This document shows, piece after piece, positions 13,796 to 25,700 of a stretch of DNA of 64,000 bases. The stretch is from assembly GCA_013265495.1 (NCBI GenBank), contig MU060503.1, forward strand, positions 79,639 through 143,638, read 5' to 3'. A program made the translations under genes and the position numbers. The notes beneath the pieces were generated by a model. It was not told the DNA's origin, did no database searches, and worked only from the letters and a program-made list of their open reading frames with translations. Position 1 is the first letter of the stretch. Every line of letters begins with the position of its first letter. The stretch is from Vicugna vicugna. Lineage: Eukaryota.

Positions 13796-14559
13796 TTGCC
13801 GGACGGTCCTCGCTTACAGCTCCCCTTCTTTCTCTTGGCTTAGCCTCCTGCAACCCCGCTCAGCCACCAGCGACCCAGCCGCTCCCTGGCCTGGCTGCCA
13901 GCCCAGCTCTGACCATCCAGCTTCCAGGCTCAGAGAAAGCTTCCTCTCACCTGAACCAAAATTCCTGCCCTTTCTCCACCATCAGCCTCCAGAGCCCCCA
14001 AGACCTGGCCCCAACCTAACTTTCCAGCATCTCTTCCCACCACCCTGCCTTCATTGCCCCTGCGCCCCATGTCTCAAGTCAGCCAGACCACTCCCCACTC
14101 CCTGACCATGTCTGGGCCTCCCCTGCTGGGCCACCCTCCCTCCCTCCCAGAAACCCACCCACGCTGCGAGGCCAGCTCTGGTCTTATCAGACCCCAGCCC
14201 CCAGGCTCAGGCTGATCGTTCTGCCATTTCCCTGTGACACTTTATGCCTAGGCGACCAGAGCGGGAAGGGTTTTATAGCCATCCATCAGGGCATCGTAGC
14301 CACTCAAGTCCTCGCCCGTGGCCTGCCTGACTGTTCCTCTGTGTCCCCAGAGAGCAGAGAAGCTCTGGTCTTGGAAGGTCCAGCTCCCTGCACCTCTTCC
14401 CCGCTGTGCTCAGCTCGCTGGAAGCCTGGGACAGCCAAAAACAGACCATGAAAATGTTATTAACAGGTTGGAGAAACATTACAATGTTAACAGATCTCTA
14501 GAAATTATTTTCTCTAGACCCTACCCCTCTGCCAAGTCCAGAAGTTTCGCACGGACTCT

Positions 14560-14750
14560 CCCCAGCTTCCTACTTTCTGGCTGTGTGACCTGGGCAAGTT
14601 ACTTAACTTCTCTCTGCCTGTTTTGTCAACTGTAAAATGAGGATGTTTCTGTCCACTCCACGGAGTTGTGGAAATGACTGCATGAGTTAATCTGTGTTCT
14701 TAGAACAGTGCCTTGGACATAGAAAGTGCCATTCAAGCATTATTCATCAT
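14560..14750 (+). mobile_element. MIR SINE
   Basis: ctgtgtgacctgggcaagttacttaacttctctctgcctgttttgtcaactgtaaaatgagg core. Confidence 0.85.
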
Positions 14751-15076
14751 CATGTTGTTGTTGCTGTTGTTAGAAAAGAGAACTGAGGCCCAGGGAGGTG
14801 TTTTCATTAACCCAGTGGCACACAGCCAGCAGCCACAGAGCTGGGGTGGCGCCTGGTGGCCCACCTCTCCAGCTAGCATCCCCGGTTACTTTGTCCCTCC
14901 TCTCCTTTGGCAGAGGGTACCCAGTGCCTCAGAAATGAGAGTGTAAATCCCCTGGGCCCAGCCCTGCCCAAGAGCTTTGCCAGCACCTCAATCACATCAC
15001 TTCCCCTTCTGACCAGATTGCCCACTGGGAAGGAATGGGCTCGCTGGGCTGTGCTGAGAGACCCCAACCCTATGCC

Positions 15077-15125
15077 ACCTTCACCTCCCCATCACCTACC
15101 TTCACCTCCCCATCACCTGCCTTCA
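15077..15125. repeat. Perfect 21-bp tandem duplication (accttcacctccccatcacct x2 plus partial copy)
   Basis: 15077-15097 is identical to 15098-15118. Confidence 0.95.
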
Positions 15126-15859
15126 GGGCCATCCTCCACACAGGACGGGGACCGAGAAACAGGGAATGGCTACTGCCACCAGGGTCCCCTAGGGAGTCCT
15201 CCAAAACACCTTCCTCGTCCCCCCGTCACAGACCACTTCCCACACCCTCACAGTGAGAACCTAAACATCCATTTCCAGTGGAGCCTGACACCTCCTGGAG
15301 TGACCTGGCAGGGACCACCACTTGCCAGGGATGAGCTGTGGACAGAGGCTGCGAGTGCACTGATACTTCCCATCAATTCCGGGAAAGACCGGAGGGACAG
15401 CTGCATTCACCCTGCGCCAGGCCACCAGGCCAGTTCCCCTGCTTCAGCACCAAAACCCATGAGAAGGTATATTGAGGCAAAGATGAGTGAAGGGGGAGTT
15501 CTAGTTGGAGGATGGCATGGACACCCTTGGGGAAGGGGGACAGGCATGTCAGAGCACTGTGCTCAGACTGTCAGTGGATTTTCAAGTTTAAGACTCCCCC
15601 AGGGGCCAGCAGGAAAATTCAAACCCTTCTGAACGCCCCACACTGGAGCTGCAAACCTGAGGTCACATGGAAGATGCCAAGTATGCAAGGAACCTGGGGG
15701 TTCCCGAGGAGGTGTCTCCTGGGCTCACACACGGAGCGAGCACCTCACCCAGAGTCCCGACTTGGCACTGCTGCTGCTTCCGAGTGAAGCTGTGACAGCA
15801 GCAGCGTGGGCTCCTTGCCGGGCCCTTGCTCTGTGTCAAGCACCGGGCCAACTGAAGCT

Positions 15860-16010
15860 CACTTAACCCTCAGAACCCTAGGCAGTACCCCTTTCATTAC
15901 CATCTTGCAAATGGGAAACTGAGGCACAGACCAGTAAGAGCCTTGCCCAAGGCACACAGCAAGGAGATGACAGGGCCCTGACTTGAACCCGGGCCTGGCT
16001 GGCCCCAGAG
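15860..16010 (-). mobile_element. MIR SINE
   Basis: catcttgcaaatgggaaactgaggcacagaccagtaagagccttgcccaaggcacacagc. Confidence 0.85.
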
Positions 16011-16982
16011 TTGGGCTCTTACCCTCACGCCAGGGGTCTCTTTTCACCTTTGGGAGCTCACAGTGTGAGACCCTGCCCGTAGGTGTGGACTGTGGCTTTA
16101 CTGCACAAGAGAGGGGCGCGCCCGAGACCCAGCCCCTTGGCCAGTTCATCACTCAGCAGCCCGAGAGCCACTTCGGTGGTTTCGACCATTACGCAGTTTG
16201 AAATGATTTTTATTCTTAGTCAAATATTTAATTTGTACCCGTAATGGACAGTTGGTTAAAGGCAGGAAGCATTAAAGAGCACTGATATTAAAAGGCTGGT
16301 TCCTGAGGAACATACAAGTGGTAATAACTCTGCACGCTCGCCTCGGGTGCTCTGCCCGGTCCCGGAGCCCCGTTCCTCTGGTCGGAATCCCCGTGTGGCA
16401 GCTCCCGGGGCCTGGAGAGACCCCGAGCCTGGCTGGCGGCCCGACTCTGAGCCCCGGAGTCAAGACCCTCCCCGCTCACGCCCTGCTATTTGAGCAGAAG
16501 TGATTGTGAGCGCTTCCTGAAAATTCTCACGTCTCACCATTTAGAAACAAAGCAAGAAAATTACAAAAACAAACCAGCTGATTTTTTATTAAACAAACCT
16601 CAAATTTGAGAATTCCAAACAGTGGGCTTCAAAATCAGTTTTTGCTTTTTGTTTCTTTTTCTTATATATCATTGCCTTATATAGTCAGACTTTAGCCTCC
16701 GTGTGAGCGTGTATCTGGCGCCAAAGCCACAATGAAATGATAATATGTCATTTTGAAATTTCTTTGTAGAAAATTATGCTTTTGCTTTCATAACTCATTT
16801 ACAATAAGTGAAGGAGAAGACATCACTTGATAAGTGGGAAGGTAAAATTTTGCCTTTAATCATAGTGTTATTAAAGATCATATTAAACATGAACCTTACA
16901 ATTTATTCCCAATGACATATTAATCTAAAAACTGTGTTTTACATAAAATAATATCTTTATTGTATACCATCGAAAATAACAA

Positions 16983-17111
16983 AATGTTTGGGAGGCAGGT
17001 ATACATCAGTGGTACAGCATGAACTCAGCAATGCACAAGGTCCTGGGTTCAATCCCCTGTACCTCCATTAAGGTGAAAAAATAAAATAAAATTTAAAATT
17101 GTTTAAAAAAA
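16983..17111 (+). mobile_element. tRNA-Ala-derived camelid-type SINE (diverged copy)
   Basis: B box ggttcaatccc, A-rich tail, exact 11-bp TSD gaaaataacaa (16972-16982 / 17112-17122). Confidence 0.9.
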
Positions 17112-17747
17112 GAAAATAACAATTTTTTTAAGTCCTAAGGGTGTTTGCAAGATGATATATTAGTGTGATAGGCATTTTTAGTCTAAAAAAGTGGAGTAAG
17201 GCTGTGGCCAGCCCACTAAACTGCCTCAGTTTCCACAGGTATAAAAATAAGTGTAAAAATATGTTCTTTTTCTCACTCACTGAGGAGCTAGGTCTCCTGG
17301 TAGATGCCAGAGAGGCCCACCCTAGGGAACAGAGTCTTGCTTTGGGAAGCTCCAGGTACTACCCAGAAGGGCAAATTGACTTGCTTGTGATGGTGCATGG
17401 GTCGACTCAGGCCTGCGCCCCAGGGTTGTAGGAGTTTGGCTACTGTCCTTCAGTTGGAGCCCAGATGCTTGAGCCTCATTGAGGAATTTTCTGTAGGTCT
17501 CAAGGACTCAAATGGACAGTGAGCTCTATGTTCACCTCTGACAGAGCCACCCCTACAGTGAGAGACCTCCGCAGTTTTGCCAGCTGCTAGGTGAAGCAGC
17601 ACTTTCTGGGGTCAATTTTATTGTATTTTATTTGATTTGCCGGGTATTTAAGAAACTGACTTAAGAAAAATTGCTACCAAAGCTTTGTTGAGTCTGAGTT
17701 TCTTCTAGAATGCCCTCTGTCTTCTCTTCTAAGAGGAGAGGATCCTA

Positions 17748-18720
17748 CTGATTATTAAAAACTTTTGATTTCAACAAAATCTCAGATGAGTGGGGAGGGT
17801 AGATAGCTCACAGTGCTAGAGCACACGCTTAGCATGCACGAGGTCCTGGGTTCAATCCCCAGTACCTCCTCTAAAATAAATATATCAACCAACCAACCAA
17901 CCTAATTACCTCCAAAAACAAAACCTCAGATGCACAGAACAGCTGCAGCGATAGTACAAAGACTCCCCGTCTATTCTTCACCCAGGTTCCTCAAATATTA
18001 ACATTTTACTGCAGTTACTTTATCTTTCTCTCTTTCGTATACATTTCTTTTTCTGACCTGAGTGAGAGTAAGTTGCCAAAAGAATGCCTTTTTACTGCTA
18101 GACACTTCACAGTGTGTTTCTTTATAAAGACATTTTTTTTCATTGCCACAGTAAAATGATCAAAATCGAGAAACTAACATTGCTGCAATGTGGTTATTCT
18201 AATACCACAGTCCTTACTCATCTCTCTCCAGTGATCCTAGCTCACGGGTTACATTCAGTTGTCATCTCTCTTTAGTTTCTTTTAATCAGGGGACAGTTCC
18301 CCAGTCTTTGTATTTCGTGGACTTTTTTAAAGGACAGCTAGTTGTTTTTTGTCGGTGGCCCCTCACTCGGGTTTCTCTGGTACTTCCTCATGATCAGACT
18401 CAGGTCATTCGCACTTGGGGTGCCTCATGCCAGGACACTCATGCTGTCCCTTCACTCCCAGACTGGTGATGTTGACCTTGATTACTTGGTTATGGCAATA
18501 TCCGCCAAGATTCTCCACTGTAAAATTACGAGCTTTCCCTTTGTCATTAAGAAATAGCTTGTGGGGAGATACTTTGAGACTGTGCCAATATTCAGCTTTT
18601 CCTCAAACTTTCACCCACTAGCCTCCATTGATGATTCTTGCTTAAAACAACTGCTACCATGGTGGTTGCCCAGTGATTTTCTGATTCCATCTTTCCTTCT
18701 AATTTTACTGGTGGTCTTTC
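17748..18720 (-). mobile_element. Old L1 3' region (L1MC-like), antisense, interrupted by a SINE
   Basis: atagtacaaagactccccgtctattcttcacccaggttcctcaaatattaacatttt...ttccctttgtcattaagaaatagcttgtggggagatactttgagactgtgccaata. Confidence 0.75.
17789..17916 (+). mobile_element. tRNA-Ala-derived camelid-type SINE
   Basis: cttagcatgcacgaggtcctgggttcaatccccagtacctcc, (AACC)n tail, 15/16 TSD aacaaaa[t/c]ctcagatg (17773-17788 / 17917-17932). Confidence 0.92.
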
Positions 18721-20479
18721 TGCTGTCAGGGAGAGTCTCTGGTTGATTTTAAACTCACTGCTGTCAGCTTCAGGACCCTGCACGTGGGAGCTAGGTAGAG
18801 CAAGTCCTTGTCACCTGTCTGAATGTCCCTGTATACATATATCTAGACAGACTCTTGGCTGATGGGTGTGTGATGTGAAGGTTTTCAGCACCGTGCTACA
18901 AGTCTCCTTGCTCTTGGGACGATTCTAGCCCAAGAACCCACCTGCTGGGCAGCCGTGTCCCAGGACCACCGGGTGGGGGTTGGGGTCTGAGGTGACTGAA
19001 TCTGTTGGGCGGTTCTCCCTGCGCTGTGACGCCTCGCCATGGACTTGTCAGTTCCACCAGTCCTGGCTGAAAAATGTGGCCCAAGGGAGGCCCTACTTCA
19101 GCTAACTCCATTTCACATTTCCTCTCCTTCCCGGGATGGAAAAAACAGCCCTTCAGGGACATAGCAAACCTGTCAGTAATGAAGCTGTGAGGGAGGAGGC
19201 TGTCCCAGAGGGTGGCGGGATGTGATGGCTGATGGAGGGAGGCGGGCCAGTAGCCGGCAGCGTTTCCCCAGAGAGCCTGGAGGCTCGGCAGTGCTCCGCA
19301 GCCCACAAAGCCAGAACAGCTCAGGAGCTGCCCTGGGATCCTCCGCTTCCCATAACAAAGCCATCATTCCTTCACCGGAGTACCCAGGGCCGGCCAGAGG
19401 CAGAGGGGTGAGGGGGCAGTTTATCCCTCAGCCCTGTGGTCATCTTTTCAGCTCCACCCCTCGCCTATTTTCTGGTTGTGAGGTTCATTTGATTAATAAA
19501 ACAACTGAGGGACAGGAAATTTAGGCAGCTTGTCCAAGACCATCCAGCTAGACGGGGGCAAAACCAGAATGTGAACCCACATATGTCTGATTTCCACGTT
19601 GTCACTACATCATGCTGTGTCTCCAGGTGAGGATCCTGGGGGTGGGGGCTGGGGTGCTGCTAAACCCAGTAGGGCTTCGTGGAGGGGGTACTGATTGCAG
19701 AATGAGCAGGTTAGGTAGAGGAGGGCCCCCTAGCTAACTTTTGGTGCGTGTTTGGACATCTCCGGTGACGGGGGGCTCACTACATTTCCCAGGCAGCCCC
19801 CTCTGTTGGGGGGCAGCTCTCCTGAAGAAGTTCTTCCATTAGGTGAGCTCAGGCTGTGACTCTAAGGACTCAGCAGTTGGTCCCACCTGGGATTTAACCA
19901 ACTCTTAGAGGACTGTCTCTCCATCCCTCCCTCTTCCACTTTGTCCTTCCTGATCCAGGTTGAGGGCTGCTTCACTACGTGGAGATGGTGAAATTAAGAG
20001 AGACGGTGAAGAGGGCTATTTCGATAGGGCCTCGGAAGTCAGTCAGCTCACGGAGCAGGTGCTGTGAGTGGAGCCGTCTGAGGCCAACTGTTGGCCAACT
20101 GTGATGGATCCGAGTGGCCAGGCTAGAGGCTGGAGTAAGGAAGTCACTGGAGGTGGCCCCTAAGCCTTTGGGAAAGCCCTTGGACAGTGTTTCCCTTGGG
20201 GTGATGGTGGTGAGTATTTGGCGATGAAGGCTTTCTTGGTGGGAAATTATGTCCAAAATACAGCCCTTAGAGGCCAGAAGCAGGGCAGAAGCAGAAGCTA
20301 GACATCTAGGGTGTCTTCCTTGATCCCTAAGCCTTGAAAAGGCCCGTTTCTCCCACCTACACTATGGGTGCACTCATGCTTATTACTTCCTTGGAGTATC
20401 TATCTGATGGATTCATGCTACGTTGCTTGGAAAACCCACGATATAATATTATTAGACGCAACACTGAAACAACATATGC

Positions 20480-20690
20480 ATCACCTCCTTTAAAACTCAC
20501 AGGAACTCTATGAGACGGGTCCTCTATTTGGCCCCATTTTACAGGTTATAAAAATGTGGCCCAGCGTGGTTAAGGAGCTTGCCCAGAATTGCACAGCTGG
20601 CAGTTCAGAGCCTGGATTTGAACTCTGGGGTCTGACTCCAAAGTCTGTACTTTGAACTACAGTGTATTGCCTCTCAGTAAATACCCTGGG
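20480..20690 (-). mobile_element. MIR SINE
   Basis: ccccattttacagg...ggttaaggagcttgcccagaattgcacagctggcagttcagagcctggatttgaactc. Confidence 0.85.
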
Positions 20691-22104
20691 AGTCTGTGTT
20701 GGGCACTTTCTGTATTCTGGCCATGAAGGAATATGGAAGATGGCCACGCAGTGGGGCAAGTTCACACCCGCAGCTGGGCTTCCTCGGTTCTTTAGGAAAA
20801 GTGGATGGGAGCGGGCAGCCTCTCAAGGCTCCAGAAAGGTGTCCTGGCCAGATTTTGCTTCCTGGTGTTGATGGACACGACTTGGTTAATTTAGCCACAA
20901 TTTCAATTTTGCTGGGAAATCAAGCATCCCAGCTGATACTTACCCGCATCCGTGGCTGGTGTCCACCAGACTCTGAGTGCACACCCAGGGTGGGCACATA
21001 GCCGGGGGATACCTGGACTCACCAGCAGGCTGCACTGAGGGTCCACGGGCCAGACTCAGAGACTGCAGGGCTTGGCTGGGCTGGGCGGAAGGGCGAGGGC
21101 CTTTCCCTGGAAACAGTCCGCGAGGGCAGCCGCGTGCTCTTCGCATGACATCACACTGCCTCTGAACGTATGAGGCCAAGGATTCTTGGAATGCCTGATT
21201 CACCCTGGAACAAAAATAATACTTCATATTTATAATGTGCTTTTGTTCCCCAAAGGCTCTCCCAGGCTCGATTGTATTGTGACTTCAGACAGGCCTTGTG
21301 ATCCAGGCAGGAATGCAGAGAAGGTGGGAACCCATCTAAGGAAATGGTTGACTGGGGGGTTGATGTGCCCATTCTACAGGTAGGAATATTGAGATAAGGG
21401 GAATTGGGGAATTGGCCAAAGCCACCCAGCAAATTGGTACTGGGAGCCCTGGATTTCCAGTGGGTTTGAGAGGAGGGCCTCAGAAATGCCTCGGCAGTTG
21501 AATGAAACTTACAGCCCCATTTAATACCCCAAAGAAAGCCATTTCCCTGTGGCTTTTGGTGCTGCCCTAGGATGGAGGAGGGTGGCAGGAGCCTGCAGCT
21601 CCTCCCACTCACATCACCTGCCCCCCACAGCCTTAAGTGCAGCGGTGAAGCCAGAGGGCCACCTAAACACTCAAACTGCCCCCAGCCCTGCCCCACAGGC
21701 CCCAGCCACAGGAACTAGCAGATTGTGGTGGGGAAAGGATTGTTCCCAGCACAGATGGAAACCCGAAGGCCACATGTGGCTTCTGTGGTTTTCCCCAGAC
21801 GCAGTGGAGCCAAGGCTGAAAGGCCGGATTTCCAAACCTCGACCCAGAGCACCAGTCCAGAGCCCTCCCAGGCTTTCCCCTCTCATGGGCCTCAGCTTCC
21901 CTGCTCCCAATGGCCTCTGGATCAGCCTTTGGCCTTTGCTTCTGCAGATCTAGCCCCGCTTCTGCACCACATGCTGCCAAGCCCATGACCCCTCCCCCAC
22001 CAGCTTTGTCCAAGGGCTCAGGATTTGGGTTCCAGTGGCTCAAGAGTGGTGTATGGGCTGCCTCAGGCCCTCAAGACCCTGGAACAGGCCACAAAACCTT
22101 GAGA

Positions 22105-22270
22105 CAAAAGAGTGTGGTGGTTGAGGGCACACGTTCTAGGGCCAAACCACCTGAGTTCAAACCAAGTTCTGCTTCTTGCAAGCTGTGTGGCCTTAGGGAA
22201 GTAATTACCTTTCTGTGCCTGACATCTCGGTAAAACAGGGTGAACAGTGGTCCCTCCCTCTTAGGTTAAT
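22105..22270 (+). mobile_element. MIR SINE
   Basis: gtggtggttgagggcac...ctgagttcaaacc...gctgtgtggccttagggaagtaattacctttctgtgcct. Confidence 0.75.
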
Positions 22271-22367
22271 GAAAGCTGTGGCTGGCCCGAGGTTAGTGCT
22301 TCATTACTCTTACTCTGCATCCTTGTGATCACAGGTCCAGTCCCGTTCCTCGGGGCCGCCCTCCAGG

Positions 22368-22538
22368 CAGGGCTGGCTTCTCGGGTGGGCAGTCTGTGCC
22401 CTGTGCAGGGACCCATGCTAGGAAGGGCTGCCCTTGGTTTAATGCTCTGCTGTGATGGTCTTGACATCAACAGTTTTTGAACAAGAGGCCCACGTTGTCA
22501 GTTTGCTCAGGATCCCACAAATTCTGTGGCCAGTCCTG
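22368..22538. mobile_element. Complete hAT MITE (MER45A-like), 171 bp
   Basis: TIRs cagggctggct / ggccagtcctg; 8-bp hAT-type TSD cctccagg (22360-22367) / cctctagg (22539-22546); internal cttggtttaatgctctgctg. Confidence 0.85.
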
Positions 22539-22639
22539 CCTCTAGGAGCAGACCAGGACAGGCCCCTGTGCCACACTCTGCTTCCTTTTCTTCATGACTC
22601 TTGTCCCTGGTTGTAGCCAGATACCTGTTTCTGTAAGTA

Positions 22640-22772
22640 ATGGATTAGTGTCTGTCTCTTCAAAAGGATCCTAAGCTCTGGAAGGACACAGCCCCGTGTC
22701 CAAGTCATCACTGTGTCCCCAGGATCTGGCATGTTGCAGGACTCATTTCAGGCATGAATGAATGCCCAGCCT
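22640..22772 (+). mobile_element. L2 3' end fragment
   Basis: taagctctggaaggacacagcc...cactgtgtccccagg...gcatgaatgaatg tail. Confidence 0.65.
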
Positions 22773-25700
22773 CACAGTGGACCCTGAGGAAGGTTTAGAG
22801 AAAGTTTTGCCACCTTCTGAAGGAAGTGGATGCTTTTAAGGGCACATAAGAGGAACGCACAAGGCCATCTTTGGTGGCAGAGACTATGGAAGCCAGGCAG
22901 TAATCGCCTTAGGAGCCCGGAGATAGGGAGGGGGCGTCCTGGGAGCTGGGGAGGGCTCCTGGGCAGATCTGAGCCTCGAAGCCTGGGTGGGTGTAGGAGA
23001 GGTGTTGAGAGACTCCTTGGGGGCAGCTGAACAGCTTTGGTCACTCCCCCACCCCAAGCTTCCCTCAGAGTGCTCCTGCGTGGCCTGGGGCAAGCTCATT
23101 GACATCTCTGACTAAACCCCAGGCTGAGCAGAATCTCAGAACATGTTTAATTAATGAAGCAGTAAATGAACCAGCCTTGCCCCTCATCATTCCTTCCTTC
23201 CTTCATTCTGTAATTGGTGAGAAGAATCTTTTCCATTCCAGAGCGTTCCTTTGCCAGGTAAACAGCTGGTGTCTAAAGCTTTCAATCCAGGCAGTAGAAT
23301 ACTGAACTTCTTACGTGATCTTTTGCTTTGGCTGGAGGAGACCTTAGTCTCGAATCATTTCCTACCCAATTCTGAGTGAAAGGAGAGCCCCGGAGTCTGT
23401 CGCGGTGGGAGGGGCCAAAGCTCAGCTGACTGTCCGAGGCAGCAGGAATGTTCCTGAAGCACGTGGCGCTCCTCACAGAGGGTCAGGGGAACCCGGTGCT
23501 GGAGTGGGGCTGGCACTCAGAGAGCCGGCTACGACGGTGCTGCTGCTACTGCCATGGTGTTGATGATCGTTTTATTTACAGTTCCAGGCGATTCAGTCGT
23601 CCTTAGCTTTGTAGTGGTGCCCCGGGTCTCCAGAGAGAGCACCAAGAACTCGGACAAGTCATCGTTAAATTCAGTCACGCAGTGTTTCAAGCAGTACCTT
23701 AGAGCAGAAGCACAGATCCGAGTTCTGGCACAGGCTTTGCTGCTAGCTAGCTGGGCAACCCGCAGGGAACGAAGCAACCTCTCTGAACCTTGGCTCACTC
23801 ATCTGTAAGACTTTTCGTGCTGCCGCTCAAGTGGTCCTCACAGCCACCCCTGAGCTGAGGGCTGACACAGAGGGGGACAGAGACACAGGCTGCAAGCTGG
23901 CAGCAGTCTCCCAGACAGACCAGACGCAGAGCGTCCTGCAGACAGACTCAGGGAATTTCCCTCCTCCAACTCAGCCCCAGTGCATAGCAGGCGTTCAGCT
24001 AACGCAGGCCGCTTGGATCCTTGTCCCTTTGTTAAGTCAGTGTCGTGCTGGCTCCCTGAGGAAGGAAGGAAGTCTCCCCTATGCTTTTCCTTGCTAAGTT
24101 CCCCAGTCATTCTGCAAAAAGGGGCAGGTATGTGTGGCAGGGGCCCCCTGGCTTCTGGGCCCTATAGGCCAAGCTAAGCTAAGCAGCCCCTGAGCTGCAG
24201 AGAAGCCCCGTCCATCACACCCCAGCTCGTGCTTGGTCACAGCCGCTGGGACAGGGGAGGTGGGACCCGTGCAGGGCCAGTGTAGGTGGGCAGGAATGGA
24301 GGCGCCGAAGCTAGTAATAGGCAGTCATCACTTTCTCTGAAGGCAAGAAATATGAGCCCATGCATAGTTTTAAAACCAAAATGCCCTAGAATTTTGCTTT
24401 CAGAAATTTTTAAGCAGACCTACAAATTATGTGGTGAAGTGTCCGACATTGAGAGAACCATAATAAGTCAGTGGCCCTCGGAATATCTAGTTGGGAATGA
24501 TTATGAAATAAAAAATGAACAGAGAGACGTTTGTCTGCACTTGGACTGCTGTTAAAATCATTTTTAAAAACAAAATCTGAAGTTCTTCTCCCTACACCCA
24601 CCTCCCAAAATGCAGCTGTGATCTTCAGAGAACTTTTTTTTTTAATAAAAGAGAGCAGCCTTAGAGTGAAACAAGACATCTGATTTCAGAACCCAAAGAA
24701 GAAAGAATAAACTAAATGAGTGATGGAAAAAAACCATACTGACAATTTCCATTCTTAAAAAAAAAAAGCATTATTTCCCTAACAGCAGGTGTTGCCAGTA
24801 GCTCAAATGGAGTATTAATCTTCCCTCCTAAGCCATTCCTCCCCCTCCCTCCCCTCCCCCAAGAAAACTTCCCCAGAGAGATTAGAACATATTAAGCAGG
24901 GAGGGAGGTGGATTTCTGCCCTTGTTGGCTGCAAGGCTGCATGTCTAGTATGTCTCCCCAGCCTGGACCCACACATCCGGGGATCTGAGACCAAGTGTGG
25001 CTTCCTTACCCGGCTGCCGGGAGCAACAGCAGCTCATCCCCAGCTCAGCCAAACCTAAACCCACAGGTTTTGTGGTGAGCCGCCAGCTGGCCCCTGAAGG
25101 AAGGTATCGACGAAACTCGGGGCCAGCAAACACAGAAGAGAGAGGAGCTGGTTTTGGCCAGCTCAGCCAACACCCGCTGACAAATATTTGTGAATGGCCA
25201 GAGCAGGGGAGCCTGGCTCTCCATTGTTGGAACCCAAGGCCCAGCCCCAAGTCTGTTCCAGTGGTTGGGGCCCCCACAGCCCTTTCTCAGGCCAAGGATG
25301 AGGACCTCGCGTGGCCATTACCACAGCAGGCCTCAGAGGTAACTCGGCCCTTCTCTCCCGTGGGGGCTGGATCTGAGGGTAAGTGGGAGACAGAAGGTGG
25401 ACGCTTGGGAGCCGTGACTGGCTGACAGGCGGGGCACACTCCGAGAGTCTCGTCAAGGCACTCTGGTGTGGGACTTCTCACTGAGCCTCAGTTGGCATCT
25501 CTGTAAAATGGGAAGAAAGATTCTTGATTGGCCTGCACACCGGCACTAGTCCCAATGGTTACTGGCCCTTAAAACTAAACAGGAAGCGGGGAGGGGAACA
25601 GAGAAAGGGGCTCCATGCCCCTCTTCCCAGGGCATCTGGCTCTTCCCGGCCCGCCCAGCCAACCTCATTTGCCATCCAGCCCCATTTCAGCCCTCCTCCT

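Noticed and set aside
14907-15632. 241-aa ORF with PPSPPHHL repeat
   Set aside because: The repeat is simply the 21-bp DNA duplication; no homology recognised
18884-18900. REST/RE1 left half TTCAGCACC (also near 15443)
   Set aside because: No correctly spaced GGACAG right half
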